A stretch of DNA of 64,000 bases from positions 1,696,001 to 1,760,000 of the forward strand of contig OY771555.1 in NCBI GenBank assembly GCA_963674785.1, written 5' to 3'. A program made the translations under genes and the position numbers. The DNA comes from Caldisericia bacterium. GTDB taxonomy: Bacteria > Caldisericota > Caldisericia > JAAYUI01. The notes beneath the pieces are model-generated. The model saw only the letters and a program-made list of their open reading frames with translations. It did no database searches and had not been told where the DNA came from. Below, piece after piece: positions 29,169-40,247 of this stretch (the first letter of the stretch is position 1; every line of letters starts with the position of its first letter).

Positions 29169-30685
29169 ATCAATAAATTCTCCCTGTATTGAACAGCCTC
29201 AGCAATATGTGATGATGAAATTTTTAAAGAGTCATCGAGATCGGCTATGGTTCTTGCCACCCTCAAAACTCTATCGTATCCTCTTGCTGTAAGCGACATT
29301 CGTTCAGATGCAAGTTTTATGAAGTTCGATTCATCTTTCCCTAACTCACAGTGTTTTCTTATCTGTTTGGGTGTGAGTTGAGAATTGCAATATATATTTT
29401 CGTCTTTGTATCTGGAAAGCTGGATTTTTCGTCCTTTGATAACTCTTTTTCTTATGGTTTCACTCGTTTCACCAGGTTTTGCAGATGCTAGCTCTGAAGG
29501 AGTTAACCTGGTTACATTCAGATATATGTCGAACCTGTCCAGAAGTGGTCCAGAAATCCTTGATTGATATCGTCTTATCTGCGATTGACCGCAGACACAA
29601 GGTTTTGTTCTGTCGCCATAGAACCCACAGGGACATGGATTCATAGCACCGACCAAAAGGAATCTTGATGGAAAAGTAAGGGTTTTTCGAACTCTCGCTA
29701 TTGTCACCTCTCCATCCTCCATTGGTTGCCTTAGAACTTCAAGTACGTCTCTTCGAAACTCTGGAAGCTCATCAAGAAACAATACCCCACCGTGAGAAAG
29801 ACTTATCTCACCGGGTTTCGGATTCTGTCCGCCCCCAATGATGGATGATGGTGAGGCTGTATGATGTGGTGATCTGAATGGTCTTGTTTTGACCAAACCT
29901 TCCTCACAGGATAAAAGACCAGAGATAGAAAAAATCTGGCTTATCTCCATCGCCTCATCAAGAGTCATAGGGGGAAGAATCGATGGAAGTCTCTTTGCAA
30001 GCATTGTTTTTCCAGAACCAGGAGGACCAATCATCAAGACATTGTGCCCACCGCATGCTGCAATCTCCAAAGCCCTCTTAGCTTGTGTGTTGCCTTTTAC
30101 ATCCGCCATATTGTAAAGACTATGAATCAATGAATCATCAATCTTTATCTCACGATTTCTGACTGGTTTTATAATCACTTCTTCACGTAAGTGTTCAACT
30201 AGTTCTCGAAGGGTTGAAACCCCGATCACATCAAGGTCGAACATTTCCGCTTCTGATAGATTTTCTTTTGGGATAACAAGAGTTTGTCCGGTACCAGAAA
30301 GGGCAATTGCAATTGGCAAAATCCCTGGAACGCTTCTTATTTTTCCATCGAGTGCTAGTTCGCCAAGCACAACCAGGCCTTCAAGAGATTTTCGAGTGAT
30401 CTGTTCGGTTGCAGCAAGTATCCCAAGAGCAATTGGCAAGTCAAATCCAGAACCCTCTTTTTTTAAGTCCGCTGGGGCAAGGTTTGCTGTTATCCTTTTG
30501 ATTGGGAAAGAGAAATCACTGTTTTTAATCGCCGATCTGACGCGCTCTCTTGCCTCAGATACAGCTGCATCCGGAAGTCCAACGACAGTAAAAGAAGGAA
30601 GAGCATGACCGGTTATGTCGAGTTCAACAGAAAGCGGTAAAGGATTTAGTCCCTCCAAAGTTATGCTTTTTACACACGAAAACAT
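29165..30685 (-). CDS. comM: YifB/ComM family Mg-chelatase-like AAA+ ATPase
   Basis: VGLPDAAV.E.RERV, GPPGSGKTM, PFRSPHH, LDELPEF and NPCPCG motifs. Confidence 0.92.
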   Translation of the reverse strand: MFSCVKSITLEGLNPLPLSVELDITGHALPSFTVVGLPDAAVSEARERVRSAIKNSDFSFPIKRITANLAPADLKKEGSGFDLPIALGILAATEQITRKSLEGLVVLGELALDGKIRSVPGILPIAIALSGTGQTLVIPKENLSEAEMFDLDVIGVSTLRELVEHLREEVIIKPVRNREIKIDDSLIHSLYNMADVKGNTQAKRALEIAACGGHNVLMIGPPGSGKTMLAKRLPSILPPMTLDEAMEISQIFSISGLLSCEEGLVKTRPFRSPHHTASPSSIIGGGQNPKPGEISLSHGGVLFLDELPEFRRDVLEVLRQPMEDGEVTIARVRKTLTFPSRFLLVGAMNPCPCGFYGDRTKPCVCGQSQIRRYQSRISGPLLDRFDIYLNVTRLTPSELASAKPGETSETIRKRVIKGRKIQLSRYKDENIYCNSQLTPKQIRKHCELGKDESNFIKLASERMSLTARGYDRVLRVARTIADLDDSLKISSSHIAEAVQYRENLLI

Positions 30686-30694
30686 ATGTTAATC

Positions 30695-31228
30695 TTATTT
30701 TATGTTTTTCTCACCGTCAAGATTTATAAAGCTTGACAAAATGTCGTTAAAAATCGAATAATGAAATTTGACTCCATAAAACCGATCCATATCACCCTTT
30801 TTTTGTCTTTTATATCTGTTTGCCCTTATCATCATCTGCAATTTGTCTGCATCATGTACAAGTTTTGCATCAGCTGTTTCGTTTTTTTGGTACTCAAGAA
30901 ACAGTTCCAACAAATCCTCATGGTTTGGTAAAATATCTGAAGCGACCTTTTTCTCAATACTTTTTTTATCTAAAAAGTTTGATGCAGATGGGGTTAGATC
31001 ACCTATAACGGATTCTGGTAAATCGTGAATAACTGCCATTTTTAATGCTTTCGACTCATCAACTCCATCAATATGTTTTGATATGAGCATCACTAAAAAG
31101 ATCACCCCAAAACAATGCGATGAAACTTTTTCAGCGTCAGCAACACCCTCAAGAACATATCCAGTCCTTGGGATTTCAGTCAAGTTTTCTGAGTGTATTA
31201 AAAGCCTTGCAATATCCTCATGTATCAT
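30695..31228 (-). CDS. HD-domain 5'-deoxynucleotidase-like hydrolase (YfbR/HDDC2 type)
   Basis: RTGY, E.V..H, HDLPE..GD and DADKL motifs. Confidence 0.85.
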   Translation of the reverse strand: MIHEDIARLLIHSENLTEIPRTGYVLEGVADAEKVSSHCFGVIFLVMLISKHIDGVDESKALKMAVIHDLPESVIGDLTPSASNFLDKKSIEKKVASDILPNHEDLLELFLEYQKNETADAKLVHDADKLQMMIRANRYKRQKKGDMDRFYGVKFHYSIFNDILSSFINLDGEKNIK

Positions 31229-32145
31229 TTTTTGTCAGCTAGATAATCTTTTAAAATATTGAATGATTTTTCGGCAAGAGGTGGAACCTTGCCATCTTCA
31301 TATGAGGGTTCATTAAAAAGAACTGATTCGGTTTTTGAGATATAATCTGGGTCACCATGAACAAACAATGAATACATCAAAGACATACAGGTCGAAATTT
31401 TTCTCATTCCAACCTGTTCTTTCGCGACACTTTCTAGTTCTGTATCCCATTTCATATACAGGTCTGATTCAATTTGAGTCCAAGCTGAATCGATTTTTTT
31501 AAAAATAATAAGAGCGTGTGGTTTATTCAGTTTTTTATCAAAGAGATCAGATATTGTTTTATCAACACAGATCAATTCTGAAAAACCGTCGGAGTCAACA
31601 TCTCGAATAACCCAAGGTTGGATGTCGTCTGAAATATAAAACTTATTAACTAGAGCAAAATCATCTATTTCTGCAGAAACTATTTCTCTAGAAAATGGGG
31701 AGAAATCATGGATAATTGTATAGATTGTATCTAAAGAGTTGTTATCAAATACTCCGTAGATATTTCCCTGGCTTCCCTTTGTCCAGCTTTCGTGAAAATG
31801 AAAACCATAGGCTGTTGGGATGGAGTGTATTATTTCAGCATTTCTCTTACCAACCCAATATACGATAAATCTTGAAGCATTCATTTCTCTTTCCAAAGGA
31901 GCATAGACTTGGAAGACAAATTGATGAGCTTCATCATCATAAACAACCCTATGCTCTGTCGGGGAAAAGCCTCTGAGTTGATTTTCTTCGTGATATGCAA
32001 CAAGAGTTTTTCCAAATGGTTGCTCATGACCAGGCTCACCACGCTTGATAACTACTTCAGAGTGATCTGCATAGACAGATGTTGAGAACAAAAGCAGTGC
32101 TAAAATGAATACAAAAAAGAATCGGGTGTTAGTTCGCAATTTCAA
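31225..32145 (-). CDS. Hypothetical secreted protein
   Basis: Signal peptide ending VYA; one DVDSDGFSEL (FG-GAP-like) motif; overlaps both neighbours, consistent with translational coupling. Confidence 0.65.
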   Translation of the reverse strand: MKLRTNTRFFFVFILALLLFSTSVYADHSEVVIKRGEPGHEQPFGKTLVAYHEENQLRGFSPTEHRVVYDDEAHQFVFQVYAPLEREMNASRFIVYWVGKRNAEIIHSIPTAYGFHFHESWTKGSQGNIYGVFDNNSLDTIYTIIHDFSPFSREIVSAEIDDFALVNKFYISDDIQPWVIRDVDSDGFSELICVDKTISDLFDKKLNKPHALIIFKKIDSAWTQIESDLYMKWDTELESVAKEQVGMRKISTCMSLMYSLFVHGDPDYISKTESVLFNEPSYEDGKVPPLAEKSFNILKDYLADKK

Positions 32146-32389
32146 ACCCGGTTGTAAGAATGATCACCCTATTGTGGAATACCTCAATCCATCCGTCTTC
32201 TATCTTGAAAACAACCTCACCTTTTGAGGTTTTGACCTTTATGTTTCCTTTTGACAATACGGCAACCATGTTTGAATGCTTTGGTAAGATTCCCCAATAG
32301 CCATCCTCAAGAGGAACTATAAGTGATATTGCCTCATAGTCCTCCTGTTTGGCTTCTGGTGTAATTATTGTTACAGTTAATTCATTCAT
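32129..32389 (-). CDS. atpC: ATP synthase epsilon subunit (beta-sandwich only)
   Basis: IITPE, G..GILP.H and GWIEV motifs; follows atpD; 86 aa. Confidence 0.9.
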   Translation of the reverse strand: MNELTVTIITPEAKQEDYEAISLIVPLEDGYWGILPKHSNMVAVLSKGNIKVKTSKGEVVFKIEDGWIEVFHNRVIILTTGFEIAN

Positions 32390-32394
32390 GAGAA

Positions 32395-33855
<1,461 letters not shown>

Positions 33856-34725
33856 TTATGCGGTCTCCTTGAGTGCCTCAGCACTGGAGGTGATTTCTGT
33901 TAATTCTTTAGTAATTGAGGCTTGTCTTGTTCTTTGATATTTGATAGTAAGTTTTTCAGAGAGTTCATCGGCATTTTCCGTTGCTCGATGCATGCTCATT
34001 CTTCTCATGGCCTGCTCCGATGCACTCGCTTCAAGTAATACCTTATAGATAAAAAGGTCAATGTATGTGTTTGTTAAGGAATCTATAATCTTTGCTGGTT
34101 CAGGTTTAAATATAAAATCCTCAACAAGTCTTTTTTTGCCCTTGGTTATTCTCGCCAAAGGAAGCATTTGTCTTACAACAGATTCTTGCTTCAAAACCGA
34201 CTGGAACTCCATATAGGCAAAATTAACCGATTGAATCTCACCATTGATATACATCTCTTTTATCTTCGATCCAATAAGCTGTGCATTATCAAAGGTTACT
34301 TTATCGAGCATGCCCGGATGACTAAAAACAATCTTGTTTCCATTTTTATCAAATTCTTTTGAGGTCTTCTTTGAGATAGTTCCAAGTAATACCTCAACGT
34401 CTGACTGTTCTATGAATCTTCTTGTGATTGATGTAATATTTGAATTGAAAGATCCACAAAAACCTCTGTCTGAGGTCAACGGAATCAGAAGGGTTTTTTC
34501 AATGGGACTCGATTCAAAAAGAGGACCAGTGTTCACATCAGCATGGATGTGATTTGCAATTGAGATGAGCATCTCTTGAAGTTTTTCAACAAATGGAACT
34601 GATTGCTCAACCTGTTTTCTGAGGTGATATATTTTTACAACGGACAACATCTCCATTGACCTTGTAATATGGGCAACAGATTTTACAGATGAAATTCGTC
34701 TTTTAAGGTCGCGAAGAGTTGCCAC
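33856..34725 (-). CDS. atpG: ATP synthase gamma subunit
   Basis: ITRSMEM, SDRGFCGSFN, ATENA and RQASITKEL.EI motifs. Confidence 0.97.
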   Translation of the reverse strand: MATLRDLKRRISSVKSVAHITRSMEMLSVVKIYHLRKQVEQSVPFVEKLQEMLISIANHIHADVNTGPLFESSPIEKTLLIPLTSDRGFCGSFNSNITSITRRFIEQSDVEVLLGTISKKTSKEFDKNGNKIVFSHPGMLDKVTFDNAQLIGSKIKEMYINGEIQSVNFAYMEFQSVLKQESVVRQMLPLARITKGKKRLVEDFIFKPEPAKIIDSLTNTYIDLFIYKVLLEASASEQAMRRMSMHRATENADELSEKLTIKYQRTRQASITKELTEITSSAEALKETA

Positions 34726-34728
34726 TTA

Positions 34729-36240
34729 TTATCCCTCAAATTCCCTATTTGCATCCTCAATGATAACAGAAACATAATCTTTTATGTCGTCAGTAAGTTT
34801 TGGTGAATGCGAAAGATCAGAAATGATGTTTGGATGGTTTGTTCTTGCAACATTTAAAAGTGTTTCTTCGTAATCTTTGACTTTGTGTTTTGGAACATCA
34901 TCAAAAGCTCCAAGTGAATATGCAAGAAGAACGAGAACCTGTTCTCCAACAGGGAAAGGAGAATACTGCTTCTGTTTTAGAAGCTCAACAAGCCTTTCGC
35001 CGCGAGAAAGTTTTCTCTGTGTTGTTGGATCAAGCTCAGCACCAAACTGAGCGAATGCCTTAAGATCGTTATACTGGGAGAGGTCAAGCTTGAGTGTACC
35101 ACCAACTTTTTTCATTGTTGGGATCTGTGCTGCACCACCAACCCTTGAAACAGACAAACCAACGTTTACGGCAGGTCTGATACCCTCATTGAAAAGCTCA
35201 TTTTCAAGGAAAATCTGACCATCAGTAATAGAAATCAAGTTGGTTGGAATATATTGTGAAATATCTCCGGCTTGTGTTTCGATAATTGGAAGAGCGGTGA
35301 TTGATCCACCACCCAGTTCACTCTTAAGCTTGGCTGCACGCTCAAGAAGCCTGGAATGGAGATAGAAAATGTCACCAGGATACGCTTCACGTCCGGGTGG
35401 TCTTCTAAGAAGAAGTGAGAGTTCTCTGTAAGCATCTGCATGTTTTGAGAGATCATCATAAACAATCAAAACATGTTTTCCCTGACGCATGTACTCTTCA
35501 GCGATTGCACACCCAACATAAGGGGCAATATACCTAACAGCTGGTGGATAATCGGCAAAAGTGGCAACAATGATAGAATAATCAAGAGCACCGTTATCCT
35601 GAAGGGATTTTACGATTCCTGCCATTGTTGAAGATTTCTGAGAGATACCAACATAGATACAGATAACATTCTGACCTTTTTGGTTGATGATGGTATCGGT
35701 TGCAATTGCTGTTTTACCAGTTTGCCTGTCACCAATGATCAACTCTCTCTGACCCCTTCCAATAGGTATCAAAGCATCGAGAACCTTCAAACCAGTTTGC
35801 AGAGCTTCATGAACCGGCTCACGGTCAACAACTGATGGAGCAGCGGTTTCAAGAGGAAGGTGTTTTGAAGGTGCCAAAGCCGTTTTTCCATCAATTGCTT
35901 TACCTGTGGGGTCGATAACCCTACCAAGCATCCCTTTTGAAAACGGAACAGATAAGACTCTTCCAGTTCTTGTGACTCGGTCACCTTCTTTTACGAACTT
36001 ATCGGATCCAAGAAGAACAACACCAATATACTTTGGTGTCATTGAGAGAACGAATCCTTCTATGCCACCTTCAAAATAAAGGATTTCACTGATAAAGGCA
36101 TCAGATAAGCCAGAAACCAAAGCGACACCATCACCACAATTCCGTACTGTACCAGAGTTCTCAATGACCGGTTTAAATGGCTTCTCAGAAAATGAGTCTG
36201 TCCATCCTTTAAGTATCGATTCAAGAGTATCGGACATCAT
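34729..36240 (-). CDS. atpA: ATP synthase alpha subunit
   Basis: [20 protein letters not shown] and SVSRVGG motifs. Confidence 0.98.
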   Translation of the reverse strand: MMSDTLESILKGWTDSFSEKPFKPVIENSGTVRNCGDGVALVSGLSDAFISEILYFEGGIEGFVLSMTPKYIGVVLLGSDKFVKEGDRVTRTGRVLSVPFSKGMLGRVIDPTGKAIDGKTALAPSKHLPLETAAPSVVDREPVHEALQTGLKVLDALIPIGRGQRELIIGDRQTGKTAIATDTIINQKGQNVICIYVGISQKSSTMAGIVKSLQDNGALDYSIIVATFADYPPAVRYIAPYVGCAIAEEYMRQGKHVLIVYDDLSKHADAYRELSLLLRRPPGREAYPGDIFYLHSRLLERAAKLKSELGGGSITALPIIETQAGDISQYIPTNLISITDGQIFLENELFNEGIRPAVNVGLSVSRVGGAAQIPTMKKVGGTLKLDLSQYNDLKAFAQFGAELDPTTQRKLSRGERLVELLKQKQYSPFPVGEQVLVLLAYSLGAFDDVPKHKVKDYEETLLNVARTNHPNIISDLSHSPKLTDDIKDYVSVIIEDANREFEG

Positions 36241-37116
36241 TTACCTCAAATTTTCAGAGATGGTATGACTAACCATTCGAGCTACCGATGAATCAAAGAT
36301 AGTATCATCAAGATACATCTTTATTCCGGAGATGAGGTTCTCGTTAACCTGGAAATTCATACTTGGTTTGCTTCCAGTAAAATCACTCACGAATGTTTCA
36401 ATCTTTTTCTTCTGAGGATCTGAAAGTGCGACAGCAGTTTCTACCATTACTTTTTTGATTTTTCCAGTGCTCTTGAGTGCATCGCAGAGTGTTATCTCAT
36501 GATCGGTTATATCGCAAGCGGTGAGCTCAGAAAGCGTTTCGATGATATGATCGGTATGATATTCAATCGTGTTGCCATCAAAGACATTTGAGATAACTTT
36601 TGATGAAAGAACCTCAACAACGTCCTTTGAGCGTTTTTTAAGTTCCATGACGGTCATCTCACGTTCGCCTTTTGCTTCCTCTTCTGCTGATCTTACGATA
36701 TCCTTTGCTTCATCTCTTGCTTTTCCAAGAATATCTTCTTTTATTGCATCAGCATTTTTGGCAGCTTCAGCTCTTATTGTTCTTGCCTCAGTGATTGCTT
36801 CATCATGTTCTTTTGTTGCCTCATCAAGTTTTAGATTTGCTTGATTCTGAACTTCTTTTGCCTCATCCAAAACCTTTGTGGCAGCAGCCTTTCTCTCGGC
36901 AAGCATGTTTACCACTGGCTTGTAGAGGAACTTTTTAAGAAGGATGACCAAAAGAATAAGGTTTAAAACAACAAATAGAAATGTCCTAAGGTCAACGCCG
37001 AGGAGAGATGGATTAGCCATTTCAGCAGCATGTTCTACAGCACCTTCGGATGCATATACCGTTGGAATCAGCCAATTAGAAAAAGAATCCAATATGGATG
37101 TTAACCATGTAAACAT
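36241..37116 (-). CDS. atpF: ATP synthase subunit b fused to the C-terminal part of delta
   Basis: TM followed by KFLYKP...ERK b-subunit coiled coil, then delta-like VETAV.L...ENLISGI...DDTIFDSS; no separate atpH. Confidence 0.85.
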   Translation of the reverse strand: MFTWLTSILDSFSNWLIPTVYASEGAVEHAAEMANPSLLGVDLRTFLFVVLNLILLVILLKKFLYKPVVNMLAERKAAATKVLDEAKEVQNQANLKLDEATKEHDEAITEARTIRAEAAKNADAIKEDILGKARDEAKDIVRSAEEEAKGEREMTVMELKKRSKDVVEVLSSKVISNVFDGNTIEYHTDHIIETLSELTACDITDHEITLCDALKSTGKIKKVMVETAVALSDPQKKKIETFVSDFTGSKPSMNFQVNENLISGIKMYLDDTIFDSSVARMVSHTISENLR

Positions 37117-37125
37117 GGAGTCACC

Positions 37126-37422
37126 TTATATGACGAAAATCAAAACAAGAGCAACGGCAAGAGCATAAATTACAAGTGATTCGATAAGTGCGAGTGAAAG
37201 AATAAGGGATGTGAAGATGTCTTGTTGTGCCTCTGGCTGTCTTGCGATAGCATCAACTGCTGATGCTGCAGCTCTTCCCTGACCAAGTGCACCACCAAAT
37301 GCGGCAATTGCAATTGCGAGTGCTGCTGCGATTTTTGTGCCCCAATATGCAGCAGGTGCGGCAAACTTAAGCATCTCTGCTGTGTTACCATTGAAAACTT
37401 CTTTAAGAACGTTTAAATCCAT
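37126..37422 (-). CDS. atpE: ATP synthase c subunit
   Basis: GQG...ARQPEA...IESLVIY motifs. Confidence 0.97.
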   Translation of the reverse strand: MDLNVLKEVFNGNTAEMLKFAAPAAYWGTKIAAALAIAIAAFGGALGQGRAAASAVDAIARQPEAQQDIFTSLILSLALIESLVIYALAVALVLIFVI

Positions 37423-37425
37423 TTT

Positions 37426-38304
37426 TTAGTGCTCTCCTTTTTCATGTGGCAAACCCAAATTAAGGTAAACCAGGAATAACATTGTAAATACGAGTGCCTG
37501 GATGAATCCTGTGAATATTCCCAAACCAAGGATCACAACAGGAACACCAAAAGCAACAAGTCCGGTTATAACTTCTAAAACGATATGCTCACCAGTCAAA
37601 TTTCCAAACAAACGGACGGCGAGTGAAAGAGGTCTGCTGATTTGCTCGAGAACATTGATCGGTAACATAAAAGAGAATGGGTGCATAAAGGTTTCTTTAA
37701 AGTAATGACCAAATCCCAAACCTTTTATTGACTGAGCATGAACGTATACGATTGCAAATAGTGCAAGGGCAAGTGTTACTGAGAGGTCTGTTGTCGGTGC
37801 AATAAGAATTGAAAACATCTTACTTTTTGCAATAAATGGAGCTGTCAATCCAGAAAGCAAACCGAGGAAGTTGGAGATAAGGATATATCCAATAAGTGTT
37901 GTTGTAACAACAACATACTTTTCGCCTCTTTTTCCAACGATGTTTTTTGTAAAACTCTGCATCATTGTGACGATTATCTCAGCAAGAACAGCCCTTGTTG
38001 AACCTCTTTTTTTAACACCAATCCCGATAAAGATGATCAGAAATGCGAAAACAATGGTTGCAATTCCAACAGCAAAGAATGTGTTTGGTAGATTTAACCC
38101 TCCTGCAATATTGTTTAGAAAAGAAACAGGAGTTGTCTGAGGACCAACAGCTATATGAAGACCAGTCTCTGGTTGAAGGGGTTGTCCAGAAAAACTTTCA
38201 TAGATAGCTGGGGTGAAAAAAACCAAGACATAGGCAGCAATGAAAAGCATCACCACCCAAAACGATTTTCTCTTAAATAATGGTACTTTTTTCTTATCAG
38301 GCAT
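37426..38304 (-). CDS. atpB: ATP synthase a subunit
   Basis: PTTDLS, SRPLSLAVRLFGN and IQALVF motifs; ATG at 38304 with GGAGG. Confidence 0.96.
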   Translation of the reverse strand: MPDKKKVPLFKRKSFWVVMLFIAAYVLVFFTPAIYESFSGQPLQPETGLHIAVGPQTTPVSFLNNIAGGLNLPNTFFAVGIATIVFAFLIIFIGIGVKKRGSTRAVLAEIIVTMMQSFTKNIVGKRGEKYVVVTTTLIGYILISNFLGLLSGLTAPFIAKSKMFSILIAPTTDLSVTLALALFAIVYVHAQSIKGLGFGHYFKETFMHPFSFMLPINVLEQISRPLSLAVRLFGNLTGEHIVLEVITGLVAFGVPVVILGLGIFTGFIQALVFTMLFLVYLNLGLPHEKGEH

Positions 38305-38584
38305 CTTTTCCTCCAGAGGATAATTTAATCCTGAACCATATCCACCATAATGCAAAACCAAGAGCAAAACCACCAAAGGTGGCAAGCAGCGCATAAATAT
38401 TGATGAATGCAGGCAAGAATAAAGCAGCTGATGCAATTAATCGAAGAGGATTTCCAAAAGGTTTTAAACCTTTGTCAATTTTTTTCTTTGACGAGATATA
38501 AACCCAGTGAAATTGAACAAAACCTGCACCTGTTCCCCAGATAATTCCACCAATTATCGATAATGTGATTTGTAAAGTTGTCAT
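38297..38584 (-). CDS. ATP synthase accessory membrane protein (AtpI/AtpR-like)
   Basis: 95-aa hydrophobic ORF between the AtpZ-like gene and atpB, overlapping both. Confidence 0.6.
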   Translation of the reverse strand: MTTLQITLSIIGGIIWGTGAGFVQFHWVYISSKKKIDKGLKPFGNPLRLIASAALFLPAFINIYALLATFGGFALGFALWWIWFRIKLSSGGKDA

Positions 38585-38790
38585 GGCTTAAACTTTAACG
38601 CTCCTTTAACTGAAGCTGCGAGACCGAGAAGAGAAAGAAGGATCGTGAAAAGTGGTATTGTATGAAGCCACTTATCAAGAAAAAAGCCTCCTGCACCAGC
38701 AATTGCAAGAGGCATAATAATGACCAAAAGTGCGGATACACCTGTCATTCTAGCTTTTATAAACTCTCTTCCGATTTCAGACCATTTCAT
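38581..38790 (-). CDS. AtpZ/AtpI (AtpQ) family protein
   Basis: G.FLDKWL.T.P.FT..LLG signature. Confidence 0.8.
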   Translation of the reverse strand: MKWSEIGREFIKARMTGVSALLVIIMPLAIAGAGGFFLDKWLHTIPLFTILLSLLGLAASVKGALKFKP

Positions 38791-38798
38791 GTTTTTTC

Positions 38799-40241
38799 TT
38801 AACCAACAAAAATTTGGCTTGCTTTTTCAATAAGCATTACAAGTCCTGGAATCATAATCATTGTTGCGGTTCCAAGTGCGCATATTCCAGATGAAAGTGA
38901 AGCAAACGCATTCCCAAAATCTTTTTGGACGATTTCTTCATCGGGTTCATCAAGATACATTGCCCTTACAATGCCAAAGTAGTAGAACGCTGAAATAGCA
39001 GAGTTGACAACGGCAACAACCACTAGCCAGATGAGTTTTGCAGAAATTGCAGCCTTAAATACAAACAATTTCCCAAAGAAACCTGCTGCCCATGGAATAC
39101 CAAGAAGCGAAACAAGTGTTATAACCATCGTAATTGCAAGAGCTGGGTTCGTTTTTCCAAGTCCTGCAAAATGTTTTAATGATGAACCACCCCGTCTACC
39201 CTCAACAACTTTGATGATAGAGAATCCTGCAATATTCATCAATGCGTATGCTGTCACATACATGAGTATTCCAGCAGCACCTTGAGCAGCTAAATCTGTT
39301 CCAGGGTTGAAGGCGATTACAACAACACCCATCAAGATATACCCAACTTGAGCAATAGAACTATACGCAAATATCCTTTTTACATTGGTCTGCCATATTG
39401 CCGTGATATTTCCAAACGTCATCGATAATACAGAAATGATTAACACAACCCATCCAAAATTGGTTGCTAGGCTTGCAGGTAAAGCTGTTCCAACAAATCT
39501 CGCCATCACAATGAGTACACCGATTTTCGGTGCAACAGATATGAATGCGGTTGAAATTGGTGGAGCACCCTCGTATACATCCGGTGCCCAGAAATGGAAT
39601 GGGAAGGCAGCAACTTTGAAGAAAAGACCTGCAAATATGAATGTCAATCCCATATATTCAATTGGAAGACCTGAAAGCGAGAGGAAGAGCTGTGAGAAGA
39701 GCATTGTTTTTGTTGTTGTGAAGACAAGTGAGATTCCGTAAATGGTGATTGCTGAAGCAAAAGCACCAAGCAGGAAGTATTTTACAACAGCCTCTTTTGA
39801 GATCGAATCCCCCGTTTTCATTCCAGTAAGCATATAAAGCGGGATTGAGGTAATCTCAATTGCAAGATATACGATCATCAAACTTGTCGCTTGACACATC
39901 AACATAAGTCCAGAGATTGAGATAAGAATAAGGAACAAAAACTGTCCCTGTCTTTTTGAATCAGGAACAAACATATCGAAAGAAGAGAGGAAAATAGGCA
40001 ACGTTATCAGCAAAAGCAATCCTCTTGAATAAGTAGCAAACGAATCGGCAGTAAACAGAATGCTTGTGACCCCACCTGCCTGACCAACCAAAGCAATGAA
40101 TGAAGCGATCAAGATCAACATCGCCAGGATTCCATTTACAAACTTTTTCCCAGAGTATGGAATCAATGAAACAAGCAGAAGTATGCAAGCTCCAATGACT
40201 ACTATTGTTTCAGGGAGAAACGCGGAAAATTCCACAATCAC
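38799..40241 (-). CDS. nuoN: Complex I subunit N
   Basis: EA..KYF.LG, FKVAAFPFHFWAPDVYEGAP, KRI.AYSSIAQ.GY and GFFGK motifs. Confidence 0.96.
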   Translation of the reverse strand: MIVEFSAFLPETIVVIGACILLLVSLIPYSGKKFVNGILAMLILIASFIALVGQAGGVTSILFTADSFATYSRGLLLLITLPIFLSSFDMFVPDSKRQGQFLFLILISISGLMLMCQATSLMIVYLAIEITSIPLYMLTGMKTGDSISKEAVVKYFLLGAFASAITIYGISLVFTTTKTMLFSQLFLSLSGLPIEYMGLTFIFAGLFFKVAAFPFHFWAPDVYEGAPPISTAFISVAPKIGVLIVMARFVGTALPASLATNFGWVVLIISVLSMTFGNITAIWQTNVKRIFAYSSIAQVGYILMGVVVIAFNPGTDLAAQGAAGILMYVTAYALMNIAGFSIIKVVEGRRGGSSLKHFAGLGKTNPALAITMVITLVSLLGIPWAAGFFGKLFVFKAAISAKLIWLVVVAVVNSAISAFYYFGIVRAMYLDEPDEEIVQKDFGNAFASLSSGICALGTATMIMIPGLVMLIEKASQIFVG

Positions 40242-40247
40242 ACCCCC

